Shown one piece after another: positions 47,737 through 58,643 of a DNA stretch of 64,000 nucleotides. Source of the stretch: Bacteroidota bacterium (GTDB taxonomy: Bacteria; Bacteroidota; Ignavibacteria; Kryptoniales; JAKASW01); contig JAMCXB010000047.1 in the NCBI GenBank assembly GCA_023480735.1, positions 30,486-94,485 on the forward strand, written 5' to 3'. The notes under the pieces are model-generated. The model made no database searches, had not been told where the DNA came from, and saw only the letters and a list, made by a program, of their open reading frames with translations. Position numbers and translations under genes: made by a program. Numbering within the stretch: position 1 is the stretch's first letter; each line of letters begins with the position of its first letter.

Positions 47737-49247
47737 ACGAGCATGAAGAATATCTTCAGGAACAAAATGATCTTACCAAGAGAAGACTTGAAGAACTCGA
47801 AGAGCTCAAGGGGAAGGGCGCCAATCCGTACGCATACGGTTTTGATGTCACCAGGTATTCTTCGGACATCCTGAAATCCTTCAGAGATGATTTACCAGCC
47901 GAGGATGTCTCGGTCGCCGGTAGAATAATGTCCGTAAGGAGGATGGGGAAGGCTTCGTTCTGTCATCTGCAGGATTCCAAAGGGCGGATCCAGATCTACC
48001 TGAAGCGTGATGATCTCGGGGATACATATGATATGTTCAAGCTGATGGACATCGGGGACTTTATCGGTGTTAATGGGTTCGTGTTTCGGACAAAGACGGG
48101 CGAGGTATCAATTCACGCTAAACGACTGGAGCTTCTGACAAAGTCGGTCCGCCCGCTTCCTATAGTGAAGGAGAAGACAGATGAGCAGGGCAACAAGACT
48201 GTCTACGATCCGTTCTCGGATAAGGAACTTAGATACCGTCAGCGGTATGTTGACCTCGTGGTAAATCCGGAAGTGAGGAGCGTTTTTGAAAAGAGGGCAA
48301 AGATTGTAAGTTCGGTACGAAAGTTTTTGGATGATAAGGGTTACCTGGAGGTAGAGACTCCGGTTCTACAACCGCTTTACGGCGGTGCGTCTGCGAGGCC
48401 GTTCGTGACCCACCATAATGCGCTTGACGTCGATCTATTCCTTCGGATATCTGATGAACTCTATCTGAAGAGGCTGATCGTGGGCGGTCTCGAAGGCGTC
48501 TACGAGATCGGCAAGGATTTTCGCAATGAGGGGATGGACAAGTCACATAACCCTGAATTCAGCATGCTGGAACTATATGTTGCTTTCAAGGATTACAACT
48601 GGATGATGAATCTTGTGGAAGAGCTTGTCCATTCCGTGGTTGTAAGCGTGGCGGGAAGCCCGAAGATTAAGGTCGGTGCAAACGAGATCGATCTCACGCC
48701 TCCCTGGAAAAGAATTACGATGCTCGATTCGATTAATGAAGTGACCGGTGAGGACCTGACAGGTAAGAGCGAGGTTGAACTGGCCGGCATTGCAAGGGAG
48801 CATCGCATTGAAGTCGAGCCTTCAATGGGATACGGCAAGATTATCGACGCAATCTTCTCGGAGCTCGTCGAACCCAGGCTGATTCAGCCCACGTTCATCA
48901 CAGATTATCCAGTAGAGATGTCGCCTTTGGCAAAGCGGCACCGCTCCAAGCCCGGATTAGTCGAAAGGTTCGAGCTTATATGCAACGGCCACGAACTCGC
49001 GAACGCGTTCAGTGAATTGAACGATCCACTGGATCAGCGTTCCCGTTTCGAAGACCAGGCGCGTTTGAAGGCTCGGGGCGACGAAGAAGCGATGGTGATC
49101 GATGAGGATTTTCTGCGTGCGCTCGAATACGGGATGCCTCCGACTGCCGGCCTGGGAATAGGAATAGACCGATTGACTATGATCCTGGCAAACCAGGCGT
49201 CTATTCGCGACGTGATCTTCTTTCCACAAATGAAACCTGAGAAATAA
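47721..49247 (+). CDS. lysS: lysine--tRNA ligase (class II)
   Basis: OB-fold N-domain and class II motifs (FRNEG, [12 protein letters not shown], GLGIGIDRL). Start assigned to a TTG. Confidence 0.94.
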   Translation: MEDKLNEHEEYLQEQNDLTKRRLEELEELKGKGANPYAYGFDVTRYSSDILKSFRDDLPAEDVSVAGRIMSVRRMGKASFCHLQDSKGRIQIYLKRDDLGDTYDMFKLMDIGDFIGVNGFVFRTKTGEVSIHAKRLELLTKSVRPLPIVKEKTDEQGNKTVYDPFSDKELRYRQRYVDLVVNPEVRSVFEKRAKIVSSVRKFLDDKGYLEVETPVLQPLYGGASARPFVTHHNALDVDLFLRISDELYLKRLIVGGLEGVYEIGKDFRNEGMDKSHNPEFSMLELYVAFKDYNWMMNLVEELVHSVVVSVAGSPKIKVGANEIDLTPPWKRITMLDSINEVTGEDLTGKSEVELAGIAREHRIEVEPSMGYGKIIDAIFSELVEPRLIQPTFITDYPVEMSPLAKRHRSKPGLVERFELICNGHELANAFSELNDPLDQRSRFEDQARLKARGDEEAMVIDEDFLRALEYGMPPTAGLGIGIDRLTMILANQASIRDVIFFPQMKPEK

Positions 49248-49265
49248 CTGAGCGCGAGTCTGCGG

Positions 49266-51386
49266 ATGAAAACTATCAATCTTGTCCTCGGTATACACAA
49301 TCATCAGCCCATCGGCAACTTCGACCATGTTCTGGAAGACGGTTACCAGAAGGCTTACAAACCGTTCCTGGATATACTCGGGAAGTTTCCGAAGATCAAA
49401 GTCTCGCAGCACTACACCGGCTTCTTGCTGGAGTGGCTGAAGGACAATCATCGAGAGATATTCACCGTGCTGAACGGACTTGTCAAGTCAGGGCAGGTCG
49501 ATTTGATGACCGGCGGATTTTACGAGCCGATCCTTGCAATCATACCCGATAAAGACAAATTGGGACAGATACGCAAGCTCAGCAGCTATATAGAAAAAAA
49601 CTTCGGTCAAACCCCGACCGGCATGTGGCTCGCCGAGCGGGTCTGGGAGCAGCATATTGTGAAGCCGATTGCTGATTCTGGGGTTAAATGGGTCGTGATT
49701 GACGATACTCATTTCAAGTATGTTGGGTTGAAGGATGAGGACCTTCTCGGTTACTATGTTACCGAAGAACAGGGCAAGACTGCAAACATTTTCCCGATCA
49801 GCAAGATGCTGAGATACACGATTCCGTTCCAGACGGTAGAGAAGACCATCGAATTCCTGCATTCCATCGCAAGCGAAGACGGCGACAGGATTGCCGTTTA
49901 CGCGGACGACGGTGAAAAGTTCGGCATCTGGCCGAATACTTATAAACATGTCTATCAAGACGGTTGGCTTGAGAAGTTTTTCTCCGCTCTCGAAGCGAAT
50001 TCGGATTGGATTAAGATAATTCATTTTTCAGAGGCGTTGGAGAAGATCAAGCCGATTGGGCGTGTGTATCTCCAAAACGCTTCGTATGCCGAAATGCTTC
50101 AATGGGCTCTTCCGCCGGAACTATTCCTGAAGTATGAGGAGTTTGAGAACAAGCTGAAGAACGCCGAGCTTTTTGATCGATACGAGGAGTTTGTACGCGG
50201 CGGATATTGGAGGAACTTTCTTGCCAAGTATCCCGAATCCAACAATATCCACAAGAAAATGATAAGGCTTTCCGAGCGGGCGCATTCCCTCGAGCACAAG
50301 GGCGTCAAAGTGGATCGCGTTCTCGACAAGATATGGGCTTCCCAATGCAACGATCCATATTGGCACGGCATCTTCGGCGGTCTTTATCTGCCGAATCTGC
50401 GCTACCCAGTGTACAAGAGTCTGATCCAGGCGGAAGTTGAATTGGACCGGCTAGAGCACAAGCCGAAGCTAACCGTGTCTCATGAAGACTTCGACAAGGA
50501 TGGCAGCGAAGAAGTATTGGTCGAGTCAAATGTCCTTGACGCATATTTCAGACCGGAGGAAGGGGGTGCGTTGTTCGAGCTGGACTATAAGCCGGTGCCG
50601 TTCAACTTACTCGATATCCTTAGCAGGCGTCCGGAGGGTTACCATCAAAGGCTAACACAGCGAGTGAAACCGGAGGCGGAGGGCGGTGCAATACACAGTA
50701 TCCATGATATGGTTGTATCGAAAGAATCGGGGCTAGAGAAACTGCTGAACTACGATTGGTACCGCCGCGCGTCTTTCATAGACCACTTTGTCGGGAAGTC
50801 CACGTTAGAGGAATTCGTCGCCGCGAAATACGAAGAGCTCGGCGATTTTGTGAACCAACCGTACACTCGGAAGATTGTACACAGGGGAAACAAGGTTCAC
50901 CTGCAATTTTCGAGAGATGGTTTTGTAAAGACCGCAGGAAAGTTGCCGGTTCGTCTTACCAAGAGTTTTGAATTCAAATCCGGCTCGGCCGCGATTGTCT
51001 GTCAGTATCAGCTTCAAAATCTGGGCACGGCGCCCATAGATGCCGATTTCGGTGTTGAATTCAATTTCGGTTTGATGGCCGGGGATGCGCACGATAGGTA
51101 CTACAAGATAAATGGCTCCAAACCCGCCGACTCCAGGTTGAGAAGCTCGGGTTATACGGAAGGAGTCAGCACGGTGTCCCTTACTGACGAATGGCAGGGT
51201 TTGGAAGTAACAATTGAGGTGGATAGCCCTAAGGTCCTGTGGCGATTTCCTATTGAAACGGTTTCGTTGTCTGAGTCCGGATTCGAGAGGGTTTACCAAA
51301 GCTCCGTGATCTTTCTGCATTCCAGAATAAGGCTGGAAAAGGATTACGGCATGGAGTTTAGGCTCGGCATAAGGAAAGTCAGGTAG
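49266..51386 (+). CDS. glycoside hydrolase family 57 enzyme (alpha-amylase / 4-alpha-glucanotransferase-like)
   Basis: The N-terminus LVLGIHNHQPIGNF and the WLAERVW and DDGEKFG regions are characteristic of GH57. Long C-terminal extension. Confidence 0.88.
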   Translation: MKTINLVLGIHNHQPIGNFDHVLEDGYQKAYKPFLDILGKFPKIKVSQHYTGFLLEWLKDNHREIFTVLNGLVKSGQVDLMTGGFYEPILAIIPDKDKLGQIRKLSSYIEKNFGQTPTGMWLAERVWEQHIVKPIADSGVKWVVIDDTHFKYVGLKDEDLLGYYVTEEQGKTANIFPISKMLRYTIPFQTVEKTIEFLHSIASEDGDRIAVYADDGEKFGIWPNTYKHVYQDGWLEKFFSALEANSDWIKIIHFSEALEKIKPIGRVYLQNASYAEMLQWALPPELFLKYEEFENKLKNAELFDRYEEFVRGGYWRNFLAKYPESNNIHKKMIRLSERAHSLEHKGVKVDRVLDKIWASQCNDPYWHGIFGGLYLPNLRYPVYKSLIQAEVELDRLEHKPKLTVSHEDFDKDGSEEVLVESNVLDAYFRPEEGGALFELDYKPVPFNLLDILSRRPEGYHQRLTQRVKPEAEGGAIHSIHDMVVSKESGLEKLLNYDWYRRASFIDHFVGKSTLEEFVAAKYEELGDFVNQPYTRKIVHRGNKVHLQFSRDGFVKTAGKLPVRLTKSFEFKSGSAAIVCQYQLQNLGTAPIDADFGVEFNFGLMAGDAHDRYYKINGSKPADSRLRSSGYTEGVSTVSLTDEWQGLEVTIEVDSPKVLWRFPIETVSLSESGFERVYQSSVIFLHSRIRLEKDYGMEFRLGIRKVR

Positions 51387-51577
51387 GTTTCGGAGTTCAC
51401 TGGTTATGTCCTTTTAACGCTCTCCGCGAGTAACCCGATTGTTCCTCCCTTGTTGGCGATTGGTGCTTATTTTATATTCAACTGCTGACGGAGATGGAGC
51501 GAGGACAGAGATTTTAATGAGGGCGACTGGAGAAAGCGTTGGTAATATGGTCGGAGTAATCCTTGAAAGGAAAACAT

Positions 51578-53197
51578 ATGAAGTTTCTTAAGAGTAAACT
51601 GTCTACCACTGCTGCGATCCTTCTGGTTATTGTGGGGATACTCATCGGCACACAGATACAAAATGTGTTCAGCGGCGACAGTATTTATGAACAGCTCGAA
51701 AAGTTCAAAGACGTACTCAGCCTTGCGGACAAATATTATGTCGATAACGTCGATACGCAGAAATTGGTTGACGCCGCGATAAATGGCATGCTTGATCAAC
51801 TGGATCCCCACTCTGTGTATATACCGGCAAAGGATGTTCCGCAGATCTCGGAGGATTTCCGCGGATCGTTCGATGGGATCGGCATCGAATATGACGTAGT
51901 GAACGACACGCTCCTTGTGGTTTCACCAATAGCGGGCGGGCCGAGTGAAATGGTCGGAATTCAAGCCGGAGACAAGATAATCGCGATCGACGGAAAGTCA
52001 GCAATTGGAATTACACGTGATGAAGTCGTGAAGAAGCTGCGCGGTCCTAAGGGCACTAAGGTTACGATTACCGTCGTCCGCGCTGGTGTCGACAAGCCGA
52101 TGGATTTTCAGATTACGCGCGACAAGATTCCTATATATTCTGTGACTACCGCTTTTATGGTCAACTCTGAGGTCGGATACGTCTACATAAATCGATTTGC
52201 GGAGACAACGACCGAAGAGCTTGATACTGCACTCGCAAGATTGAAGGCCCAGGGGATGAAAGAACTGGTTCTTGACCTGCGCGACAACCCGGGCGGCCTT
52301 CTGGATCAAGCCGTAGAGGTTGCAAGTGAATTCATACCGAGGGGCAAGACCATCGTTTACACCAAAGGCCGCATTCCGCAAGCTAATGAGACATTCCCTT
52401 CAGTCGGAGGCAGTTATCAGAAACTCCCGTTGATTGTTCTGGTAAATGGCGGCTCCGCATCTGCAAGTGAAATCGTATCCGGCGCCCTTCAGGATTTGGA
52501 CAGGGGACTGATAGTCGGCGAGACCACGTTCGGGAAGGGACTCGTCCAACGTCAGTTTCTCTTGAGCGACGGGTCGGCGGTAAGGATAACCATTGCCCGT
52601 TATTATACACCGAGCGGTCGGCTCATTCAAAGGCCTTACGGGAAAAACCGCGCGAAGTATTTCATGGCTCCGGAAGAAATTGACAGCGCTGAAGTGTCAG
52701 GTGCAAACTACATGCATACGCTCGAGGTCAAGAGCGATTCAGGCAGACCGGTTTTCCGGACCGCTTCGGGCAGGAAGGTCTACGGTGGTGGAGGAATAAC
52801 ACCTGACTATATTGTGAAGATGGAAAGCGCACCTGGTTTCATCTACCAGTTCCGTGTGAAGCAGGTGTTTCTTGAATATGTCGACAGCCATGTCAGCAAG
52901 AACCAGGATAAAATGCGCCAGGAATACGGCACCTCTGAGAATTTCGAACAGAAATTTCAGGTTAGCGAAAGAATGCTGAATGATCTCTATGCACAGGCGG
53001 AGAAGGACGGAATAAAGGTCAAGAAGGAAGAGTACGAAAAGGGCAGCAAGTACATCGCCGCCCTCCTCAAGGCTCAGATTGCCCGCAACATTTGGGGAAA
53101 CAATGGATGGTACAGAGTTATGCTTGCATTAGACAACCAGTTCCAGAAGGCGCTGACACTTTTCCCTGAAGCCAAAAAGATATCCGGTTTGAAATAG
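51578..53197 (+). CDS. ctp: S41 carboxyl-terminal processing peptidase
   Basis: PDZ region (GIQAGDKIIAIDG), LDLRDNPGG, catalytic GGSASASEI and TFGKG motifs. Confidence 0.92.
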   Translation: MKFLKSKLSTTAAILLVIVGILIGTQIQNVFSGDSIYEQLEKFKDVLSLADKYYVDNVDTQKLVDAAINGMLDQLDPHSVYIPAKDVPQISEDFRGSFDGIGIEYDVVNDTLLVVSPIAGGPSEMVGIQAGDKIIAIDGKSAIGITRDEVVKKLRGPKGTKVTITVVRAGVDKPMDFQITRDKIPIYSVTTAFMVNSEVGYVYINRFAETTTEELDTALARLKAQGMKELVLDLRDNPGGLLDQAVEVASEFIPRGKTIVYTKGRIPQANETFPSVGGSYQKLPLIVLVNGGSASASEIVSGALQDLDRGLIVGETTFGKGLVQRQFLLSDGSAVRITIARYYTPSGRLIQRPYGKNRAKYFMAPEEIDSAEVSGANYMHTLEVKSDSGRPVFRTASGRKVYGGGGITPDYIVKMESAPGFIYQFRVKQVFLEYVDSHVSKNQDKMRQEYGTSENFEQKFQVSERMLNDLYAQAEKDGIKVKKEEYEKGSKYIAALLKAQIARNIWGNNGWYRVMLALDNQFQKALTLFPEAKKISGLK

Positions 53198-53492
53198 TTT
53201 TTCTATCCCGGCACAGGGCCCTTTATCGGGCCCTCGTGCCAAATTGGAAAGCATGGAGTTTCCGATTAACCGGCAAAATGACCAAACCTCCCTGACTCTG
53301 CGGCTTGATCCCGGTGCGTATGGTATGCCAGCGCGGTGAAAGAGTGTGTTGCAGTCGCCGGCTTAGGTCTGACATAAGCCCTCGCTAAGTAAAAAACATT
53401 TCCCGAGATGAAAGAAAAGACAAATTGCCGTGTCCCGGACAACCCGGACCGACAGTACATCTCGATGTAAGTCACTGAATAGGATATCAGTC

Positions 53493-54392
53493 ATGAGACT
53501 CAAGAAACAAAATATGAAAAGAAGGATTATCAGGATATTCTCGATGACGACCGCAGCGTTAGTTGTCTCGGTCCTGGTGCTGAGATCAGTTTACGCCATT
53601 TCATTGTTCCATGGTGTGACCGACAAAATGGAAAATTCGGGCTGGGTTCGCGCCAACTCCGATTCCGTTGTACAGACCGGAGAGGAGCTGACCTACGAAG
53701 CGAGCTACCTCATCTTTAAAATCGGTGCAGTCAAATTTCACGTGTTGGGAAGGACGGTTTATGACAGCATTCCTGCTTATGAACTTCGCGCGGAAATAGA
53801 TTCTTACAGCGGGATACCGTTTGTGAACCTCCATGCTATTTACATCACTTACGCAGATGCAAGGACCCTCATGTGTATCTTCACTTCGAACAGCCAGAAG
53901 GAAAGAGACGGCTGGCTCTACACCAGCTGTAATTTGCACTATGCCAAGGGAAAGGCGGACTGGCAGCAATCCAAAAATGGCATACTCATGAAAGACGTCG
54001 AGTATCCGCTGGACAAAGATTATACCGACGGCCTGAGCTTTTTCTACTACTTGAGAGAGGCGAGCAAGACCGCGGATGGAAGGAGGACGAAGATGACCAT
54101 ACCCATTGTGGTTGATACCGTCCGTTCGTCGGTGGTCTTGACTATCAATGAGAAGAAAGAACCCTGCAATGTCACCGCATATAAATTTCCTATCGAGGCG
54201 TACCGAATGTCGGGGCACATCAATTTTACCGGCTTCTTCGGGGTTACCGGAGGGTTCACCGGTTGGATAAGTGCGGACAGTGCGGAAGTGCCGTTGAAGG
54301 GAGATGTGAACGTTATACTGGGGAGTGTCGTCGTCAAACTGAAAGACGTCAAGAGAAACGGCTGGATTCCGCCGAGGAGCAAGGACGAATGA
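53493..54392 (+). CDS. DUF3108-like secreted protein
   Basis: Signal/TM segment, then the GEELTYEASYLIFKIGAVKFHV pattern typical of DUF3108 as I recall it. Confidence 0.6.
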   Translation: MRLKKQNMKRRIIRIFSMTTAALVVSVLVLRSVYAISLFHGVTDKMENSGWVRANSDSVVQTGEELTYEASYLIFKIGAVKFHVLGRTVYDSIPAYELRAEIDSYSGIPFVNLHAIYITYADARTLMCIFTSNSQKERDGWLYTSCNLHYAKGKADWQQSKNGILMKDVEYPLDKDYTDGLSFFYYLREASKTADGRRTKMTIPIVVDTVRSSVVLTINEKKEPCNVTAYKFPIEAYRMSGHINFTGFFGVTGGFTGWISADSAEVPLKGDVNVILGSVVVKLKDVKRNGWIPPRSKDE

Positions 54393-54907
54393 TACTGAGC
54401 TATATGAACAAAGTTCCAAAGCTGCATGAAACCGTCTACATCGCTGAAGGCGCACAGATAATCGGGGATGTTACGGTCGGCAAGGATGCGAGCATTTGGT
54501 TTAATGCCGTGGTGCGGGGAGACGTGAATTACATAACAATTGGAGATCGTACCAACATCCAGGACAATACCGTTATACATGTTACACACGAAAAATTCCC
54601 GACCATTATAGCTTCTAACGTCACCGTAGGCCATGCGGCAGTCATTCACGGGTGCATAATCGAGGATTTCTGCCTGATTGGAATGGGAGCAATACTGCTG
54701 GACCATTGCCGGATCGGCAATCACAGTATCGTAGCGGCAGGTGCCCTTGTGCGCGAAGGATTCCATGTCCCTCCGAAGAGCCTTGTTGCAGGTGTCCCTG
54801 CTCGGATCGTGAGGGAATTAAGGGAGGATGAAATAGTCAGGCTGCAAGATTCAGCACAACACTATGTGGACTACGTTTCTAATTACAGGAAGCATTCATC
54901 CACTTGA
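54389..54907 (+). CDS. gamma-carbonic-anhydrase-like hexapeptide-repeat protein
   Basis: YIAEGAQIIGDVTVGKDASIWFNAVVRGDVNYITIGDRTNIQDNTVIHV. ATG 54389 overlaps the upstream stop. Confidence 0.88.
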   Translation: MILSYMNKVPKLHETVYIAEGAQIIGDVTVGKDASIWFNAVVRGDVNYITIGDRTNIQDNTVIHVTHEKFPTIIASNVTVGHAAVIHGCIIEDFCLIGMGAILLDHCRIGNHSIVAAGALVREGFHVPPKSLVAGVPARIVRELREDEIVRLQDSAQHYVDYVSNYRKHSST

Positions 54908-55134
54908 AATAGTGGAGCGAATTTAAGCTTGAAGTTCCCGCGGCTCGGTCGCGGACGCCGGGTCGGCGTATATAGCGGGAACAACACAACGTGTATCGAG
55001 TTCTATACCGTTCCCCCATTCGCATCGAGGTCCAATACATGACATCCCTTTCCAGTTCGGATGTCTGTGAGGTCACGCATTCGTAATCTCCTCTATCAAA
55101 TCTTGAATTTAGTCGCGAACATTGGTATGTTCTC

Positions 55135-58100
55135 GTGGAGGTTGAGTCAGTGAACGCGATTAAAAAGGTCGTGCTTTTCGCAGCGTTCTTTACGACTGCG
55201 GCGAGTTTTGCCCAGGTGGACGAGTTTGGAAAGAATAAGGTCCAGTACCGCTCGTTCGACTGGTATTTCATCCAATCAAAACACTTCGATGTGTTCTTCT
55301 ATCCGCAGGAATACTACCTGGCGGAGTTTGCAGCGAAGGCCGCTGAATCCGCTTATGAATCCATAAGTTCTGATATCCGTTACGATATCACCAATCGCAT
55401 TCCGATAGTAGTATACTCTTCACATAATGACTGGCAGCAGACCAACGTTGTGTCCGCATACATGGAAGAAGGGGTCGGCGGAGTAACAGAGTTATTCAAG
55501 AACAGAGTCGTTGTGCCGTTCGAGGGGTCATATCAGCTGTTCCGTCACGTCATTCACCACGAACTCGTGCATGCCGTTCTAAATGACATGTACTACGGCG
55601 GATCTATTCAATCGGTCATTACGAACAACATTACCCTGCAGCTGCCCATGTGGTTCAATGAGGGGCTTGCCGAGTATGAATCATTGCGGTGGAATACGAG
55701 CTCAGATATGTTCATGCTGGATGCGACTATCAACGAGAACATTGTTCCGATAGATAGGCTGAACGGGTACTTTGCATATCGTGGGGGACAGTCTGTGTGG
55801 TGGTACATCGCGAACAAGTACGGTGAGCAGAAGATCTCCGAAATCCTTAGTCGCATAAGAACAACCCGCAGCGTGGAACAGGGATTCCGGAGTGCGCTCG
55901 GAATAGACCTGAAAGAGCTTTCGAAGCGGTGGGAGCATGAACAGAAAGTGCTCTACTGGCCCCAAATCGCCGAACGAAAACGCCCGGAGGATTTTGCAAA
56001 GCGACTGACCGATCACAAGGACATTGGAGATTTCTACAATACCAGTCCGGCCATTTCTCCGCAGGGAGACAAGATTGTTTTTATCTCCGACCGGGACGAT
56101 TACATGAGCATATATTTGATGGACGCGGCGGATGGAAAGATAATTAAGAAACTGGTTGACGGCCAATCCAGCAGAAATTTCGAGGAATTGCACCTGCTCA
56201 CCCCGGGATTAACATGGTCACCGGACGGAAAAGACGTTGCCATTGCCGTCAAGAGCGGTTCGCACGATGCAATTGCACTCATAGAGACGGAGACGGGAAA
56301 GGTTCGTGAAATCTCTCTGGATAAACTAGACGGCATTTTCTCCGTGTCCTGGTCGCCGGATGGAGACAGGCTTGTGTTTGTCGGAAACACGGCACATCAA
56401 TCGGATATCTACCTGTATGATCTGAAGACCGAAGTCCTGGCGAATCTGACTAATGATGTCTTCAGTGACTCGGACCCGAGCTGGTCTCCTGACGGAGGGA
56501 CTATATACTTCGTGAGCGACAGGGGAAAGTATTTAATGAAGAGCGACGTCCCAGGGGACTTCAAGATGTGGAACCATAATTTTAATCAGGCCCACATCTA
56601 TTCAGTCAACATTGCATCGGGAATAGTTGAAAGGGTAACGGATTCGGAAATTGGAGAGGAGACTTATCCCGTCGCGGCTCCGGATGGGAAACACCTGTAC
56701 TACGTCTCCGACAAGAGCGGCATCTTCAATCTTTATTACATGGATTTAACGACTAAGAAGAGCCAACCGATGACAAATTCTATCGCTGGAATTTATCAGT
56801 TTTCCATTTCAAAGGACGGTTCGAAGCTGGCTTTTTCCAGCCTCGATAACGGCGGCTTCGATATTTTCATGCTGAAGGCTCCTAACGATCATCTCCTGAC
56901 AGATGACAAGGTCCCGCTGACTCAGTATGCCAGGATGGAAATGGCGGAGAGGACTGCGTCCGAAGCGAAGAGTGCACAGCCGGAAAAACAAAAAGACCTG
57001 GCGGTTGAGAAGAGAACGGTTTCAGATTCTTCCGTCGTGGATACCTCGCAGGTGAAGAGCCTGTATGGAAAGGATATACAGGTTGATTTGAGCAATTATG
57101 TGTTCGGAGAAAGCTCAAAGACCGACAGCCTGTTTTCGGTGCCTAACTTCAACGACAATTTCAACATAGAGGGAAACGTAGACAGTTCGGGAAATTTCCT
57201 CGCGCAGAAATACAAAATCGCATTCACCCCCGATATCGTTTACGGGAATGCAGGATACAACAGCTTCTTCGGAGTGCAGGGGACCACGTTAATGGCGTTC
57301 AGCGACATGCTCGGTAATCACCAGATTTTTCTGTACACCGATCTGGTGGTCGACCTGAAAAACAGCGACTTCGCTTTTCAATATAATTACCTTCCTTCGC
57401 GAGTCGGATATTCCATAACCGGCTCTCATATCGCCCGGTTCTTGTATCTTGATTCTCCCTATTATTCGGGATACTACGACTTGTATCGGTTTCAGAGTTA
57501 CGGAATCTCACTTGCCGCATCTTATCCTCTGGACAGGTTCAACAGGTTGGAAACGGGGTTAAGTTGGCTGAGTCTAACGCGTGAAAATATTGACGAGCCC
57601 TACGAACCTGCACAGAACAGAGTATTATTTGTACCGACTCTCCGGTATATACATGACAACTCATTCTTCGGATATATCGCCCCGATAAACGGTTCACGCT
57701 ATTACGCATATCTATACGGGACTCCGAAAGTCGGGGAGCAGGGGATAAGTTTCGTGACTGGCATGTTCGACTATCGCGACTACATCAAGCTCTCAGGACA
57801 GTTGTATACATTTGCCTGGCGGCTGTTCGCGGGCACGTCCACAGGAGCAAACCCGCAGAAATTCTTTATTGGCGGAACGGAAAATTGGATCAACGTCAGG
57901 TTCGATGGAGATTTCATTCCGATTAAGAATGCGGAAGATCTGGAATTCCTCACGCCAGTTGTTCCGATGCGCGGGTACAATTACAACGCCAAATTCGGGA
58001 ACAACTTCGCTCTATTGAATATGGAACTCAGGTTCCCAATGCTGGGAATATTCACAGCCGGTCCGATTCCACTTCTCGAGACGCTTTTCGGCACGGCGTT

Positions 58101-58335
58101 CGTTGATGTCGGTTCAGCCTGGGGATATGACTGGAACAACAATTATGTGAAGTTCCAGGCCTTCGATCACGATTTGAACGGCGATCTGGAAACGAGGGAC
58201 CTGCTGGTCGGCACAGGTACGGGCGTGAGAATGGTGTTCCTCTATTTCCTTGTCAGGCTCGACATCGCATGGAGCTACAACCTGCAGCACTTCTCGAGGC
58301 CGCAGTATTACTTTTCACTCGGGTACGATTTCTAA
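55135..58335 (+). CDS. outer-membrane fusion protein: HExxH N-domain, PD40-type beta-propeller repeats and an Omp85-like C-terminal beta-barrel
   Basis: Signal peptide ...FFTTAASFAQ. HHELVHAV. Six or more xSPDG-type repeats (TWSPDGKDVAIAV, SWSPDGDRLVFVG, SWSPDGGTIYFVSDR and others). The C-terminal barrel ends YYFSLGYDF. Confidence 0.8.
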   Translation: MEVESVNAIKKVVLFAAFFTTAASFAQVDEFGKNKVQYRSFDWYFIQSKHFDVFFYPQEYYLAEFAAKAAESAYESISSDIRYDITNRIPIVVYSSHNDWQQTNVVSAYMEEGVGGVTELFKNRVVVPFEGSYQLFRHVIHHELVHAVLNDMYYGGSIQSVITNNITLQLPMWFNEGLAEYESLRWNTSSDMFMLDATINENIVPIDRLNGYFAYRGGQSVWWYIANKYGEQKISEILSRIRTTRSVEQGFRSALGIDLKELSKRWEHEQKVLYWPQIAERKRPEDFAKRLTDHKDIGDFYNTSPAISPQGDKIVFISDRDDYMSIYLMDAADGKIIKKLVDGQSSRNFEELHLLTPGLTWSPDGKDVAIAVKSGSHDAIALIETETGKVREISLDKLDGIFSVSWSPDGDRLVFVGNTAHQSDIYLYDLKTEVLANLTNDVFSDSDPSWSPDGGTIYFVSDRGKYLMKSDVPGDFKMWNHNFNQAHIYSVNIASGIVERVTDSEIGEETYPVAAPDGKHLYYVSDKSGIFNLYYMDLTTKKSQPMTNSIAGIYQFSISKDGSKLAFSSLDNGGFDIFMLKAPNDHLLTDDKVPLTQYARMEMAERTASEAKSAQPEKQKDLAVEKRTVSDSSVVDTSQVKSLYGKDIQVDLSNYVFGESSKTDSLFSVPNFNDNFNIEGNVDSSGNFLAQKYKIAFTPDIVYGNAGYNSFFGVQGTTLMAFSDMLGNHQIFLYTDLVVDLKNSDFAFQYNYLPSRVGYSITGSHIARFLYLDSPYYSGYYDLYRFQSYGISLAASYPLDRFNRLETGLSWLSLTRENIDEPYEPAQNRVLFVPTLRYIHDNSFFGYIAPINGSRYYAYLYGTPKVGEQGISFVTGMFDYRDYIKLSGQLYTFAWRLFAGTSTGANPQKFFIGGTENWINVRFDGDFIPIKNAEDLEFLTPVVPMRGYNYNAKFGNNFALLNMELRFPMLGIFTAGPIPLLETLFGTAFVDVGSAWGYDWNNNYVKFQAFDHDLNGDLETRDLLVGTGTGVRMVFLYFLVRLDIAWSYNLQHFSRPQYYFSLGYDF

Positions 58336-58416
58336 TAAGGTCCTGGTATCCGATTCGGAATCTCATTGCGTCAGCAGGGGGCTGAAAAAGAAATGCATGC
58401 TTAGAAAATATTGGGA

Positions 58417-58609
58417 CACGAAGTTACAGGAAGGAAGCACGAAGTTGCACAACGCAAAAACACCTGGTGTAACTTCGTGACATACTTTGTGCCTGCACAC
58501 CCTGCCTTCGCCGAAGCGGACTGCCTGCACGCCTGTGTGTTGAACACTGTGGCGCGTAAACACGAAGCGTTTCTCGTAGTCAGGCTACGCGCCGGCAGGC
58601 ACACAGGTG
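58417..58609. other. densely structured intergenic segment between convergent genes
   Basis: cacgaagtt (58438-58446) pairs with aacttcgtg (58471-58479). ggcgcgta (58551-58558) pairs with tacgcgcc (58586-58593), and this stem is nested inside cgcctgtgtg (58530-58539) pairing with cacacaggtg (58600-58609). Confidence 0.4.
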
Positions 58610-58643
58610 TGATGCTTGTTCCCTGCATCCCTCTCGGCTCGAT

